The translations under genes were made by a program, and so were the position numbers. DNA of 35,572 bases, from contig NIVC01000743.1 in assembly GCA_002269645.1 (NCBI GenBank), positions 1 to 35,572 of the forward strand. Reading direction: 5' to 3'. The stretch comes from Macrostomum lignano. Its lineage: Eukaryota. This document shows, one piece after another, positions 21,691-33,889 of the stretch. The notes under the pieces are model-generated. The model worked only from the letters and a program-made list of their open reading frames with translations, had not been told where the DNA came from and searched no databases. The stretch's first letter is position 1. Every line of letters starts with the position of its first letter.

Positions 21691-24600
21691 TGAGACTCCC
21701 AGAGTAGTGGGCGTGGCGGCCCGGCTCTCACTTCAGCTCAAACCGGAGCGAGCGGATTCTATTGAATCAGAGCCAGCCATTGAGATGAGCCAAGCAGGTC
21801 CAGAATGAGCTGTCCGGAGAGGAAACAGGACTCCATGGCCGTCTTGACTACTCTGGGGCACTTCTGCAACTTCTGCAGTCGGGAAGCTCATTGTCTTGCT
21901 TGGGTACGGAGTCTCGGTGCGAGTTAGCGAGAGAAGATGGACTGGCTGTCTGCAAGCCAATCACAGCAGGGGCCTCCAACTTCCACGCAGTCTTCTCACC
22001 TCACCAAGGGGTGCCTGCCTACCCCATGCTAGTGGGCAGCCGCTCACCTTTAGTGCTCCTTTGGCCGAACACTAACTGCGTGCACAGCTTGGAGAATCTT
22101 CGGCATTTTACTGGATGGGGCTGAGCAGCGCAGCGCATTGAAACCTTGCATTGTGCACTTTGAAACAGTCTTCGTGTCTTTTTCTATTTTCTGCATTTTC
22201 CGGTTCAGACCGGTCTATCGTGTTTTACGAGTAGGCCTTCTACTTCTAGCTCAATCTATCTAACTTCTATTTTAGCCTATCTAAAAAGTACATGCATGCG
22301 TAATGTCCCATGCTGTACGCCCATTATTCAACGCTTTGAAATTATTATTTGACTACTAAAAATATATTCATGAGATAATGTACTTGTGCATGTGGTTTGT
22401 CATAGACAATGTCCACAGGGCGCACTTGAGGGCCTGGGCGCGAACGTAGGCCGCACCGCCGGCAGTACCCGGGGCGCCGGAATCAGCCAGCAGGCCGCGT
22501 CAGCAGCAGCACCTCCTGCACCGGTTGCGGGCAGTACGACTCGGCTCGGATGCTATGGTTTGCCAGCTCAACTAAATAGACTGTCTATATTCCAGAGCGG
22601 CGCCTGCCAGCCACACTGACGGCGAGGATACTTCAACTAAAACCCGTGAGAGACGTCCTGATCTTTGCTTAGAGGCAGAGTCAGTTTTGTATTCGTCAAC
22701 AGGACATGACCCGTTGTGCTGATGCAAAAACTCTCTGTATCCGAGATGAAGAATTTCCCGAATGAGATTCAAAACGATTGGAAACTATATCTTCGACAAA
22801 CCTAACCCTAACCCTAACCGGAGATATGAACCCCCTCTTGATAAATGCACTTTGCCATCTTAGTTGCGCCCTCTTGCTTCACTCACGCAGTCGGTGCAAC
22901 AAATCAGGAAAAGACTGTTCGAAGGCTCCAGCCAAGCTTTCGTCAGCATCTTTCGGGTAGACTGCATGCTCATTCCCTAAACCTCTGAACTCGAAGTACA
23001 TCGGCCATCAGTTTTGGCTCCATGATGCAGCAGTTCCTACTCTTCTTTGAGCACCTGCTCATAACCAGCCTCGATACCGTCTTCTTCCTTTGTGTCGTTC
23101 GTTTGTACCTAAGGCTCGTAAAGCCAGCAGCTTGCCGTATTGGTCTCCCTGCTTCCTGCATTGCAGCCAAGGACCAATGAAGTAAGTGTCTCCTACAGCA
23201 GTCCTTGATTGCATCCAGCACTCATTTGGTAATCTTAAGTGTGTGCGGAATAAGCCACTTTAAAAGGGACACCACCTTTTAAGATTGACTGTTTTATCTT
23301 GTGACCCCTTCCATTCTGTTTTGGCTAGAGCGTCTGGCCGTGGAAACCCTATCTCTCTCAGTTAGCACAGTGGAACAAAGTGCAATTTTACTCGGTACGA
23401 AGGGAAATGAAGTGTCTATGGCATGCCCTGCTTGCCAACTGGTGAAATAGACACGTGTGGAAGAAATTAAGTGCAGTAGACAAGTGGATAAATTTTAAAG
23501 GTATAATATCGAGGAAGCTTAAAACCACGAGTGACACTGAGAAAGCCGATTGTCTAGAAATTCGGCGATCATTATTCACATTTTTATGCAGAACAATACA
23601 TTATGGGTAGGCTGCCTGGGTTGAAACGCGATTGAAACGCTCTCTACATTTGTCCGCCGTCACTGTCTATGGTTGAAGCATATTTCAATTATATTCAATT
23701 CATCACTTATAGCCACTGTATACTTCACTGCCAACAAACACAAGACCAAACACAACAGGAATGAAACACGAAGTAAACGAAATAATTCAGTAAATAACGC
23801 TTGGAAGCTCAAAATGATATGTGGCTGGAGAGTTCATCAATAGTTACCTCAATAGTTACATCTGTCAGTTAGCGTGGTCAAACGACAAAAATTCGGTGTT
23901 ACCGATAATTCGCACGTTCCTTGTCTCCAGCACGTACCGATGAATAGACGCCCTGAAGCACACCAGACTTCGGACAGCGTATGGCTTGCCTTCCTGACTC
24001 CTCGTAGCGTAGCGCCGAGGCTTTTCAGTTCATTTCAGTCCTCAACAGCCAGTCTATATTAATATATTACTACAAACAATGCATTGTTTTTAGGATCGTC
24101 AAACAGAAAAACAATGCAAAGGCTTTTCTACTTTTCTACCTTCTACTTTTCTACTTTTCTACTTGTAGGCTTTTCTACCGGCGCTCGCCAGACAATCGTT
24201 GTCACACACTGGGACCGCTGATTATCTATCAATTATCCTTCATTTACTGCTGCTGAGTTTGAGACAGAGAAAATATTGATTATACATACGAAGATGTCTA
24301 CCAATGCTTGCAAATGTATGAAACTGTCCCACTATCTCAACTAGCATAATCCTAACACTGCAACAACGCAACCTAACTATACGCACTGAGGGTAGCCAAG
24401 TGGAGAATAAACACACAATAGCTCGTAAATGTCATTGTCAAATGTCAATTCATTTTTGCCGAGTCTTCTCAGGCACAGCAGCTGACCATTCAACAGAGAA
24501 AAGCTACATGTATCGCCGCATTTTGAGCCCCCATAAAACAGTGGCTCCTCTGCTGCAGTGGCGCCACTGGGCTTGGGTGTACATGTAGCTTCGAAGTTGA

Positions 24601-24894
24601 GGTCATGCAATGCGCTCACCCACATTGGACTCTCATCTGACAATTGTACCGTCAGGTGCTTCACCTTAGTCTATCACAGAGCTCCTCCCGACATTAGTGA
24701 CTGTGGCAGTCATTTGCCAAACTACTCTTATCATGCAGACACTGCCCAGGTGCTTTACAATTTCCGAAATTTTTCCGCAAGCTCAGGTGCGCGATTGTCA
24801 AAAGTGAAACTGCAAGAGGTGAAATCTCTTTTCTATTAGCAATACAAAAGCTCACTTTTTGTCCTACTGGGCTCAATGTGTGGATTGGGGCGCC

Positions 24895-25795
24895 GTGATA
24901 GGTGTGCATGATGGGATTGGAGGGTGACAGGTGTGCATGGGATGGGGATGAAAGGTGTACATGGGATTGGGAGGTGACAGGTGTGCATGGGATAGGGGAG
25001 GTGACAGGCGTGCATGGGATAGGGGAGGTGACAGGTGTGCATGGGATCGGGGAGGTGACAGGTGTGCATGGGATCGGGGAGGTGACAGGTGTGCATGGGA
25101 TAGGGGAGGTGACAGGTGTGCATGGGACTGGGGGGTGACAGGTGTCCATGTGATTTGGGATGACAGGTGTGCATGGGATGGGGGATGAAAGGTGTACATG
25201 GGATTGGGAGGTGACAGGTGTGCATGGGATAGGGGAGGTGACAGGTGTGCATGGGACTGGGGGGTGACAGGTGTGCATGGGATAGGGGAGGTGACAGGTG
25301 TGCATGGGATTGGGAGGTGACAGGTGTGCATGGGATAGGGGAGGTGACAGGTGTGCATGGGATCGGGGAGGTGACAGGTGTCCATGGGATCGGGGAGGTG
25401 ACAGGTGTGCATGGGATCGGGGAGGTGACAGGTGTGCATGGGATCGGGGAGGTGACAGGTGTGCATGGGATCGGGGAGGTGACAGGTGTGCAAGGGATCG
25501 GGGAGGTGACAGGTGTGCATGGGATCGGGGAGGTGACAGGTGTGCATGGGATCGGGGAGGTGACAGGTGTGCAAGGGATCGGGGAGGTGACAGGTGTGCA
25601 TGGGATCGGGGAGGTGACAGGTGTGCATGGGATCGGGGGGTGACAGGTGTGCATAGGACTGGGGGGTGACAGGTGTGCATGGGACTGGGGGTGACAGGTG
25701 TGCATGGGACTGGGGTGACAGGTGTGCATGGAGTTAGGGGGGGGGTGACAGGTGTGCATGGGATCAGGGGGTGACAGGTGTGCATGGGATGGGGC
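24895..25795. repeat. 27-bp minisatellite (TGCATGGGATCGGGGAGGTGACAGGTG), ~33 copies
   Basis: Read directly; 9-aa periodic spurious ORFs on both strands. Confidence 0.97.
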
Positions 25796-26493
25796 ACTCT
25801 GACAGGTACATGCATGCGTCGGGGGCTAAGCACAAAAATTTGACCTTTAAAAGCTACGAGCAGCAGGCCTGCCGCACTTCGGCAGCATTTCTTTTACCAC
25901 TCCAGCCATAATTGGCAGTCGCAACATGCGCTTCTCTACCAAACTCGGCAGCTCTCACGCGAAAATTAAAGTACTGGGCGGGTACATTTCAACCCTCAGA
26001 GAAACAACAAACGAAAATTTGCTCCTTGCAGCATTAAAATAGCCTGGCTCGAGATGCTGGAATGATGAGGCGCACTGTGAATTGCCCAGTGACCCCTCAT
26101 TAAGCCATGCCAGCAGGGAAGCACTCAGAAAGACAAGCTCTACAGGCCTGCTGCAAAAAAGGGCTACTTAAAATGTTTCAGTAATGGCAGAATTTTTGCG
26201 CAAACCAAAGACTCGCAACAACGCCCACACGGTTCCGCCATAGCGCTGAGAGTTGTGGCAGAACTTTAATTGCAGCTCAAAACCTTGAAAGCGTAAACAG
26301 AAAATCTCTTTCTCTCTAAGAACATCGCTGCCAGCCGCACCCAGTAAGGCAGAAAATATTTCTGAGTAGAAAATTTTTACGGATTAGGCTTCTACCATGA
26401 ACTGTTAAACTGAATATGTTCTGTCATGACCTTACATATGCTAATTACCGGTATTTATTAATTCCGTCGGTCTGCTTCCGTTAGTCTGCGTGC

Positions 26494-26848
26494 ATGTCTG
26501 TCTGACTGAGTGACTGTCTGTTTGTCTGTCTGTCTGTGTCTGTCTGTCTGTCTGTCTGTGTCTGTCTGTATGTCTGTCTGTCTGTCTGACTGTCTGTCTG
26601 GCTGTCTGTCTGTCTGTCTGTATGCCTGTCTGTCTCTGTCTGCCTGTCTGTCTCTGTCTGCCTGTCTGTCTGTCTCTGTCTGCCTGTCTGTCTGTCTGTC
26701 TGTGTCTGTCTGTCTGTCTGTCTGTCTGTGTCTGTCTGTCTGTCTGTCTGTCTGTGTCTGTCTGTCTGTCTGTCTGTCTGTGTCTGTCTGTCTGTCTGTC
26801 TGTGTGTCTGTCTTCTGTCTGTCTGTTTGTCTGTCTATCTTCTGTCTG

Positions 26849-26935
<87 letters not shown>

Positions 26936-26981
26936 TTGTCTGTCTATCTTCTGTCTGTGTCTGTCTGTCTGTCTGTCTGCC

Positions 26982-27034
<53 letters not shown>

Positions 27035-27058
27035 GGGTCTGTCTGTCTGTCTGTCTGT
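26494..27058. repeat. (GTCT)n microsatellite, ~560 bp
   Basis: Read directly from the sequence. Confidence 0.98.
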
Positions 27059-27929
27059 GCTGCCTGCGACAGTTTGGCAAAAGACAAACCAATGACCAAG
27101 CACCCAAACCAATTCATAATTAGCAGTTTAGCGTCTGATAATCTGATAATAATTTACTGAGCTGAATAGCAGTAGTACAGTGCGAGTATGCGGCGTATAA
27201 TTTAGGAACACAGACAACTTTCTAAGGTACTAAAACAAGTCAAGGATCGGTGGGAACGGTCTACAAGAAATATTGTCGAGCTCTTGGCGTGAAGACAGCC
27301 CGCATGCCTTCAAGTCTCATCGCCAAATCCGAAGGGCTGTAATGAAGACCGCACAGAGCAGCGGCCGATAAATTTTCGCCTAAATAGAAAAGTCGCGAAG
27401 CTATTGAGAATGAAACCGCTTGCAATTTGGCCGAGCTCGCAATGCCCTCAACACACTACTGACAGTAGCGCTATGATAATCAGTAGTCACAAAAGTTTTT
27501 TTCGCCATAATTTGAAAATGAATCAAAATGTAATCATGATTATAGAATAGTTGGAGAACTTCACCACGCAAGCTTTATCACAATAGTCAGAGGCAGGGCT
27601 GACGAAATGAAATTGAGAAAAGCTATAAATATCTGGCAACTCGGCCCTGGCATCCTGCACAACCGCAAGCTTTCAAGACAGAAAATTACAATTTTGCTAA
27701 GAGTCAACAGCTATTAATTTCTCACGCAAAAGTTCAAATTACATCTTTATAGTTTGCAAAACAATATCTAACTAGTAAACTGCATATACTACTTAGTAGT
27801 GATAAAATGGTAGCAAAAATAAGGAAGCCAAACTGTTTCGATTCATACACAAAAATACCTATATGTATAGAAGTCTGCCCATGGTGCTGATGCAGCAACC
27901 TCTGTGCTAGGAGTGCTTCTTAGCGTGCT

Positions 27930-28482
27930 GCAAGGAGTGATTCTCGGGGTGCCACAGGGAGTGATTCTCAGGGTGCTGCAGGGAGTGATCCTCGAGTGCT
28001 ACAGGGAGTGATTCCCAGGTTTGCCGCAGGGAGTGATTCTCAGGTTTGCCGCAGGGAGTGATTCTCAGGTTTGCCGCAGGGAGTGATTCTCAGGTTTGCC
28101 GCAGGGAGTGATTCTCAGGTTTGCCGCAGGGAGTGATTCTCAGGTTTGCCGCAGGGAGTGATTCTCGAGTGCTGCAGGGAGTGATTCTCAGGGTGCCCAC
28201 AGGGAGTGATTCTCAGGGTGCAATAGAAAGTGATTCTCAGGGTGCCGCAGGGAGTGATTCTTAGGGTGCTGCAGGGAGTGATTCTCAGGGTACCACAGGG
28301 AGTGATTCTCAGGGTGCCACATGGAGTGATTCTCAGTGTGCCACAGGGAGTGATTCTCTGGTTTGCTACAGGGAGTGATTCTCGAGTGCTGCAGGGAGTG
28401 ATTCTCAGGTTTGCCACAGGGAGTGATTCTCAGGGTGCCACAGGGAGTGATTCTCAGGTTTGCCGCAGGGAGTGATTCTCAG
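27930..28482. repeat. 24/25-bp minisatellite (core CAGGGAGTGATTCTC)
   Basis: About 22 copies with two tail variants (AGGTTTGCCG and AGGGTGCCA). Confidence 0.95.
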
Positions 28483-28769
28483 CGGTTCAGGAGATTTCTG
28501 CGTGTACATTCTGGCGCTTTAAATGTTGCACAAAAGTCGTGAGGGGCTGCATCGACTCCAAGTGAGCAGTGAACGCCAGAGAGTGACTGCAATAAGCAGG
28601 AGCGGATAGAAGTGAATAACAGTAATAATAATATTTAATAACACAGTTTTCTTTGTGTAAAATACAAAAGGTATTTCCAAACAAATAAATAATATAAAAA
28701 CAATACAAACTCCGAACCGAATAGCAAATCAACATGCAAGCTGTCCGTCAGCGGGCAGACAGCCACGAT

Positions 28770-29030
28770 ACAGTGACAGGCAATGGCACTGACAGTGACA
28801 ACAGACAATATCACTTACAGTGACAACAGACAATGGCACTGAGAGTGACAACTGACGATGGCACTGACAATGACAACTGACAATGGCACTGACAGTGACA
28901 ACTGACAATGGCACTGACAGTGACTGACAGTGACAACTGACAGTGACAACTGACAATGGCACTGACAGTGACAACTGACAGTGACAACTGACAGTGACAA
29001 CTGACAATGGCACTGACAGTGACTGACAGT
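28770..29030. repeat. Compound TGACAG / TGACAAC / TGGCAC repeat
   Basis: Read directly from the sequence. Confidence 0.9.
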
Positions 29031-29408
29031 GGTGTCACCTGCCCAATCACAGAAAAATTGCAAAAGCATTTCCCAGAAAGCAGTGATTAAACAGCAGTTC
29101 ACTTCAGTCAGCACTGCGGCATGCGCGGGCAGGCAGACGGTGAGGCCGTGACGGTGAGGCGAACAGCTAGGAGCTGCTGCTGGGTGGCTGCTGAAAGCGG
29201 AACAGAGATGAGCACAATAAGCAATATCATCAAAATGGAGGTGGAGCTCAAATCGCCTAATGATTTAGCAGTTTGCAGAAACAGCCACTGTCTGAGAACG
29301 AAGGTGGAACACGTCACTTCAAGCTGCATGCATGGCCTATTTACATTAATATGTACAGATATGTACAGCAGTATCAAGCATTGCAAGCCACATCTAACTG
29401 GGTTATTT

Positions 29409-29528
29409 TTAGAACTCGCTGCCATCCGGCATTGGACCGCTGGGCCGGACCAAGCCTTGCATTGCTGACAGGTCCAGCTGGAAGTTGCGGCGCGTTGGGG
29501 CGCGGATTGGGGCTCTGGTTTCACCTGG
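29409..29528 (-). CDS. HIP1: Probable last coding exon of the HIP1-family gene (PGETRAPIRAPTRRNFQLDLSAMQGLVRPSGPMPDGSEF*)
   Basis: First non-satellite sequence after the intron, acceptor ctcag in phase 0, 40 GC3-rich codons ending in TAA. Confidence 0.5.
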   Translation of the reverse strand, partial: PGETRAPIRAPTRRNFQLDLSAMQGLVRPSGPMPDGSEF

Positions 29529-29555
29529 CTGAGCGACCGCTAGGCGTGTTGGGGA

Positions 29556-32338
29556 CTGGTCAGTGGCGATTCTCTCGGGGCTGGTCAGTGGCGATTCTCT
29601 CGGGGCTGGTCAGTGGCGATTCTCTCGGGGCTGGTCAAAAAGCGATTCTCTCGGGGCTGGTCGGGGGCGATTCTCTCGGGGCTGGTCGGGGGCGATTCTC
29701 TCGGGGCTGGTCAGGGGCGATTCTCTCGGGGCTGGTCGGGGGCGATTCTCTCGGGGCTGGTCGGGGGCGATTCTCTCGGGGCTGGTCAGAGGCGATTTTC
29801 TCGGGGCTGGTCAGTGGCGATTCTCTCGTGGCTGGTCGGGGCGATTCTCTCGGGGCTGGTCAGGGGCGATTCTCTCGGGGCTGGTCGGGGGCGATTCTTT
29901 CGGGGCTGGTCGGGGGCGATTCTCTCGGGGCTGGTCAGGGGCGATTCTCTCGGGGCTGGTCAGGGGCGATTCTCTCGGGGCTGGTCAGTGGCGATTCTCT
30001 CGGGGCTGGTCAGAGGCGATTCTTTCGGGGCTGGTCAGAGGCGATTCTCTCGGGGCTTGTCGGGGGCGATTTTCTCGGGGCTGGTCAGTGGCGATTCTCT
30101 CGGGGCTGGTCAGGGGCGATTCTCTCGGGCTGGTCGGGGCGATTCTCTCGGGGCTTGTCGGGGGCGATTCTCTCGGGGCTGGTCAGAGGCGATTCTTTCG
30201 GGGCTGGTCAGTGGCGATTCTCTCGGGGCTGGTCAAAAAGCGATTCTCTCGGGGCTGGTCGGGGGCGATTCTCTCGGGGCTGGTCGGGGGCGATTCTCTC
30301 GGGGCTGGTCAGGGGCGATTCTCTCGGGGCTGGTCGGGGGCGATTCTCTCGGGGCTGGTCGGGGGCGATTCTTTCGGGGCTGGTCAGAGGCGATTCTCTC
30401 GGGGCTGGTCAGTGGCGATTCTCTCGTGGCTGGTCGGGGCGATTCTCTCGGGGCTGGTCAGGGGCGATTCTCTCGGGGCTGGTCAGGGGCGATTCTCTCG
30501 GGGCTGGTCAGGGGCGATTTTCTCGGGGCTGGTCAGGGGCGATTCTCTCGGGCTGGTCAGGGGCGATTCTCTCGGGGCTGGTCAGTGGCGATTCTCTCGG
30601 GCTGGTCGGGGGCGATTCTCTCGAGGCTGGTCAGTGGCGATTTTCTCGGGGCTGGTCAAAAAGCGATTCTCTCGGGGCTGGTCAAAAAGCGATTCTCTCG
30701 GGGCTGGTCAGAGGCGATTCTCTCGGGGCTGGTCAGTGGCGATTCTCTCGGGGCTGGTCGGGGGCGATTCTCTCGGGGCTGGTCGGGGGCGATTCTCTCG
30801 GGGCTGGTCAGGGGCGATTCTCTCGGGGCTGGTCAGAGGCGATTCTTTCGGGGCTGGTCGGGGGCGATTCTCTCGGGGCTGGTCGGGGGCGATTCTCTCG
30901 GGGCTGGTCAGTGGCGATTCTCTCGTGGCTGGTCGGGGGCGATTCTCTCGGGGCTGGTCAGGGGCGATTCTCTCGGGGCTGGTCGGGGGCGATTCTCTCG
31001 GGGCTGGTCAGGGGCGATTTTCTCGGGGCTGGTCAGGGGCGATTCTCTCGGGGCTGGTCAGAGGCGATTCTTTCGGGGCTGGTCAGTGGCGATTCTCTCG
31101 GGGCTGGTCAAAAAGCGATTCTCTCGGGGCTGGTCAGTGGCGATTCTCTCGGGGCTGGTCGGGGGCGATTCTCTCGGGGCTGGTCGGGGGCGATTCTCTC
31201 GGGGCTGGTCAGAGGCGATTCTCTCGGGGCTGGTCAGGGGCGATTCTCTCGGGGCTGGTCGGGGGCGATTCTCTCGGGGCTGGTCGGGGGCGATTCTCTC
31301 GGGGCTGGTCAGTGGCGATTCTCTCGGGGCTGGTCAGGGGCGATTCTCTCGGGCTGGTCGGGGCGATTCTCTCGGGGCTGGTCAGGGCGATTCTCTCGGG
31401 GCTGGTCGGGGGCGATTCTCTCGAGGCTGGTCAGTGGCGATTCTCTCGGGCTGGTCAGGGGCGATTCTCTCGGGGCTGGTCAGTGGCGGTTCTCTCGGGC
31501 TGGTCAGTGGCGATTCTCTCGGGCTGGTCAGGGGCGATTCTTTCGGGGCTGGTCGGGGGCGATTCTCTCGGGGCTGGTCGGGGGCGATTCTCTCGGGGCT
31601 GGTCAGGGGCGATTCTCTCGGGGCTGGTCGGGGGCGATTCTCTCGGGGCTGGTCGGGGCGATTCTCTCGGGGCTGGTCAGAGGCGATTTTCTCGGGGCTG
31701 GTCAGTGGCGATTCTCTCGTGGCTGGTCGGGGCGATTCTCTCGGGGCTGGTCAGGGGCGATTCTCTCGGGGCTGGTCGGGGCGATTCTTTCGGGGCTGGT
31801 CGGGGGCGATTCTCTCGGGGCTGGTCAGGGGCGATTCTCTCGGGGCTGGTCAGGGGCGATTCTCTCGGGGCTGGTCAGTGGCGATTCTCTCGGGGCTGGT
31901 CAGAGGCGATTCTTTCGGGGCTGGTCAGAGGCGATTCTCTCGGGGCTTGTCGGGGGCGATTTTCTCGGGGCTGGTCAGTGGCGATTCTCTCGGGGCTGGT
32001 CAGGGGCGATTCTCTCGGGGCTGGTCGGGGGCGATTCTCTCGGGGCTTGTCGGGGGCGATTCTCTCGGGGCTGGTCAGAGGCGATTCTTTCGGGGCTGGT
32101 CAGTGGCGATTCTCTCGGGGCTGGTCAAAAAGCGATTCTCTCGGGGCTGGTCGGGGGCGATTCTCTCGGGGCTGGTCGGGGGCGATTCTCTCGGGCTGGT
32201 CAGGGGCGATTCTCTCGGGCTGGTCGGGGGCGATTCTCTCGGGGCTGGTCGGGGGCGATTCTTTCGGGGCTGGTCAGAGGCGATTCTCTCGGGGCTGGTC
32301 AGTGGCGATTCTCTCGTGGCTGGTCGGGGGCGATTCTC
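29556..32338. repeat. 25-bp G-rich minisatellite (GATTCTCTCGGGGCTGGTCRGGGGC), ~110 copies, intronic in the HIP1-family gene
   Basis: Read directly; it explains the three 900-1,160 aa plus-strand ORFs. Confidence 0.98.
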
Positions 32339-32410
32339 AGGTTAGACAGGCGCGATTCTTTAAAACATTTTGTGCTTGTCCGTCCGTCTACCCATCCAGC
32401 AGTGACTCAC

Positions 32411-32813
32411 AGCCTCCACCTCCGCGGACTCATCAGCCAGGCGGTAGTGCCGGCGGCGCAGCTCGCCCAGCTTGGCGCGCTCTTTCTCCAGCTCGGCCTC
32501 GAGCTCCAGCAGGCGCACCTGGGAGTTCATCTCCATCCGCTTGGTTTGGGTGATGCTGAGCGCCGAGAAGTCCAGCGCGTCGCGGTCTTCGATGGCCTCG
32601 GCGGCGGACTTGGCCTGGGCGACCACCTGGCCGGTGGCCTCGGAGACGCCCTTGCTGGCCGTCTGCAGCTGCTGCAGGCTGAAGGACTTCGGGTTGGCCT
32701 TCACCCTGGAAGCCACCACCAGCTGGGCGGTGGAGGCGGCGATGTCCTGTGAGCAGACGATCAGCTCCTCAAATTTCGTGCCGCCGCTGGACACGAGAAG
32801 ATCGGCGGCGCCG
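32411..32813 (-). CDS. HIP1: HIP1-family exon: I/LWEQ (THATCH) domain C-terminal part
   Basis: FEELIVCSQDIAASTAQLVVASRVKA..LQTASKGVSEAT..LDFSALSITQTKRMEMNSQVRLLELEAELEKERAKLGELRRRHY; donor GTGAGT; phase 2-0. Confidence 0.93.
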
Positions 32814-33054
32814 CTGGGGATTCGGAGAATCGGGATTTGTGAGTCACTAAGCTGTGGGAGCAACTGGTAATGAAATAAAATGATCATTCACGAACTTTTG
32901 ACAGTTGGGATGGGAATGAGTTGTTTAGGAATGAGTTGAAGAGATTCGTGATGATGATTTCAAGGATTAGGGGAGATTTCGGAGGTTTAGAGATAAGTTG
33001 AGATTGTAGATGACGTGAAAGGATTGGGGGAGATTTGGGAGGATTAGAGGTGAC

Positions 33055-33218
33055 TTGGATTAGGGATGATTTGAGAGGATTAGGGATGATTTAAGAGGAG
33101 TAGGGATGGTTTGAGAGGATTAGGGATGATTTAAGAGGATTAGAGATGATTTGAGAGGATTAGAGATGATTTGAGAGGATTAGAGATGATTTGAGAGGAT
33201 TAGAGATGATTTGAGGAT
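33055..33218. repeat. 20-bp purine-rich minisatellite (TTGAGAGGATTAGAGATGAT), ~8 copies
   Basis: Read directly; intronic. Confidence 0.92.
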
Positions 33219-33286
33219 CTCTACCGCTAAGCACAGTTAGAAACCAACAATTTGGTTTGAGATAACTGAGAATAAGCGGTGCTCAC

Positions 33287-33834
33287 CAGAGCTGATTCGC
33301 ACCGAATCCCACAGCCTTGGCAGCAGAGATCAGTCCCTCAGTCCAGCGCGAGTGCTTCTTGTAGAACTCGGTCTGGGAGGCCGCGCCCCGGCCCTCAGCG
33401 ACAATCTCCCGCTGCAGCACCTTGGACTTGTGCACCAGCGCCTTCACCGCCAGCATGAGGTTCGAGCAGGACTCGAACACTCGCATGTTGACCTCCAGGT
33501 GCACCCCGCTGAGACCCGTGTCGGCCGATTTCTCAATCAGCTCTCGGAACTTGGCCTCCGCGGCTTCCACGGCCTCGGAAATGCCGAGCATCTCAGTCTC
33601 GACCAGGTCGCCCATGTCCTCAGGCCGGATGTCCTTGACCTGCGGCACCAGCAGCTCGGTGAGGGAGCGCAGGCCGTTCAGGTGGGAGAACAGCGAGGCG
33701 CAGTGCCCGACGAGGGCCTCCTGGTCGAAGCCCTGCGACAGGGCCCGCAAGAAGTTGGAGCCCTCCTCCGCTGTGACGCGGGACATCGACTGCAGCTCTG
33801 CGGAAGGCCGGGGGTCTCTGGCGGTCAGCGGGCT
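33287..33834 (-). CDS. HIP1: Huntingtin-interacting protein 1 / HIP1R / Sla2 family exon (start of I/LWEQ domain)
   Basis: ..EFYKKHSRWTEGLISAAKAVGFGA.. is the hallmark HIP1/Sla2 motif. Acceptor cacctcag, donor GTGAGC, phase 0-2. Confidence 0.92.
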
Positions 33835-33889
33835 CTGAGGTGCGAAGGCACGAAGGCCCACATGAACTGCAGTCTTTGGTGCACAAGAC

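Noticed and set aside
21780-21990. Possible LINE C-terminal CxxC remnant (DCRSCRSAPE) on the minus strand
   Set aside because: It needs several frameshifts and lacks the downstream His/Cys. Not supportable.
22799-22820. (CCCTAA)3 telomere-like motif
   Set aside because: Only about three units in an internal position; too short to imply a telomere or a fusion site.
24694-28475. Periodic ORFs (SHAHLSPP, CTPVTSPIP, QTDR, VCLS, LRITPCG)
   Set aside because: All lie within mini- or microsatellites and are open in multiple frames.
29273-32752. Three plus-strand ORFs of 910-1,159 aa
   Set aside because: They are translations of a stop-free 25-bp satellite in all three frames, antisense and intronic to HIP1. 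Not a credible protein.
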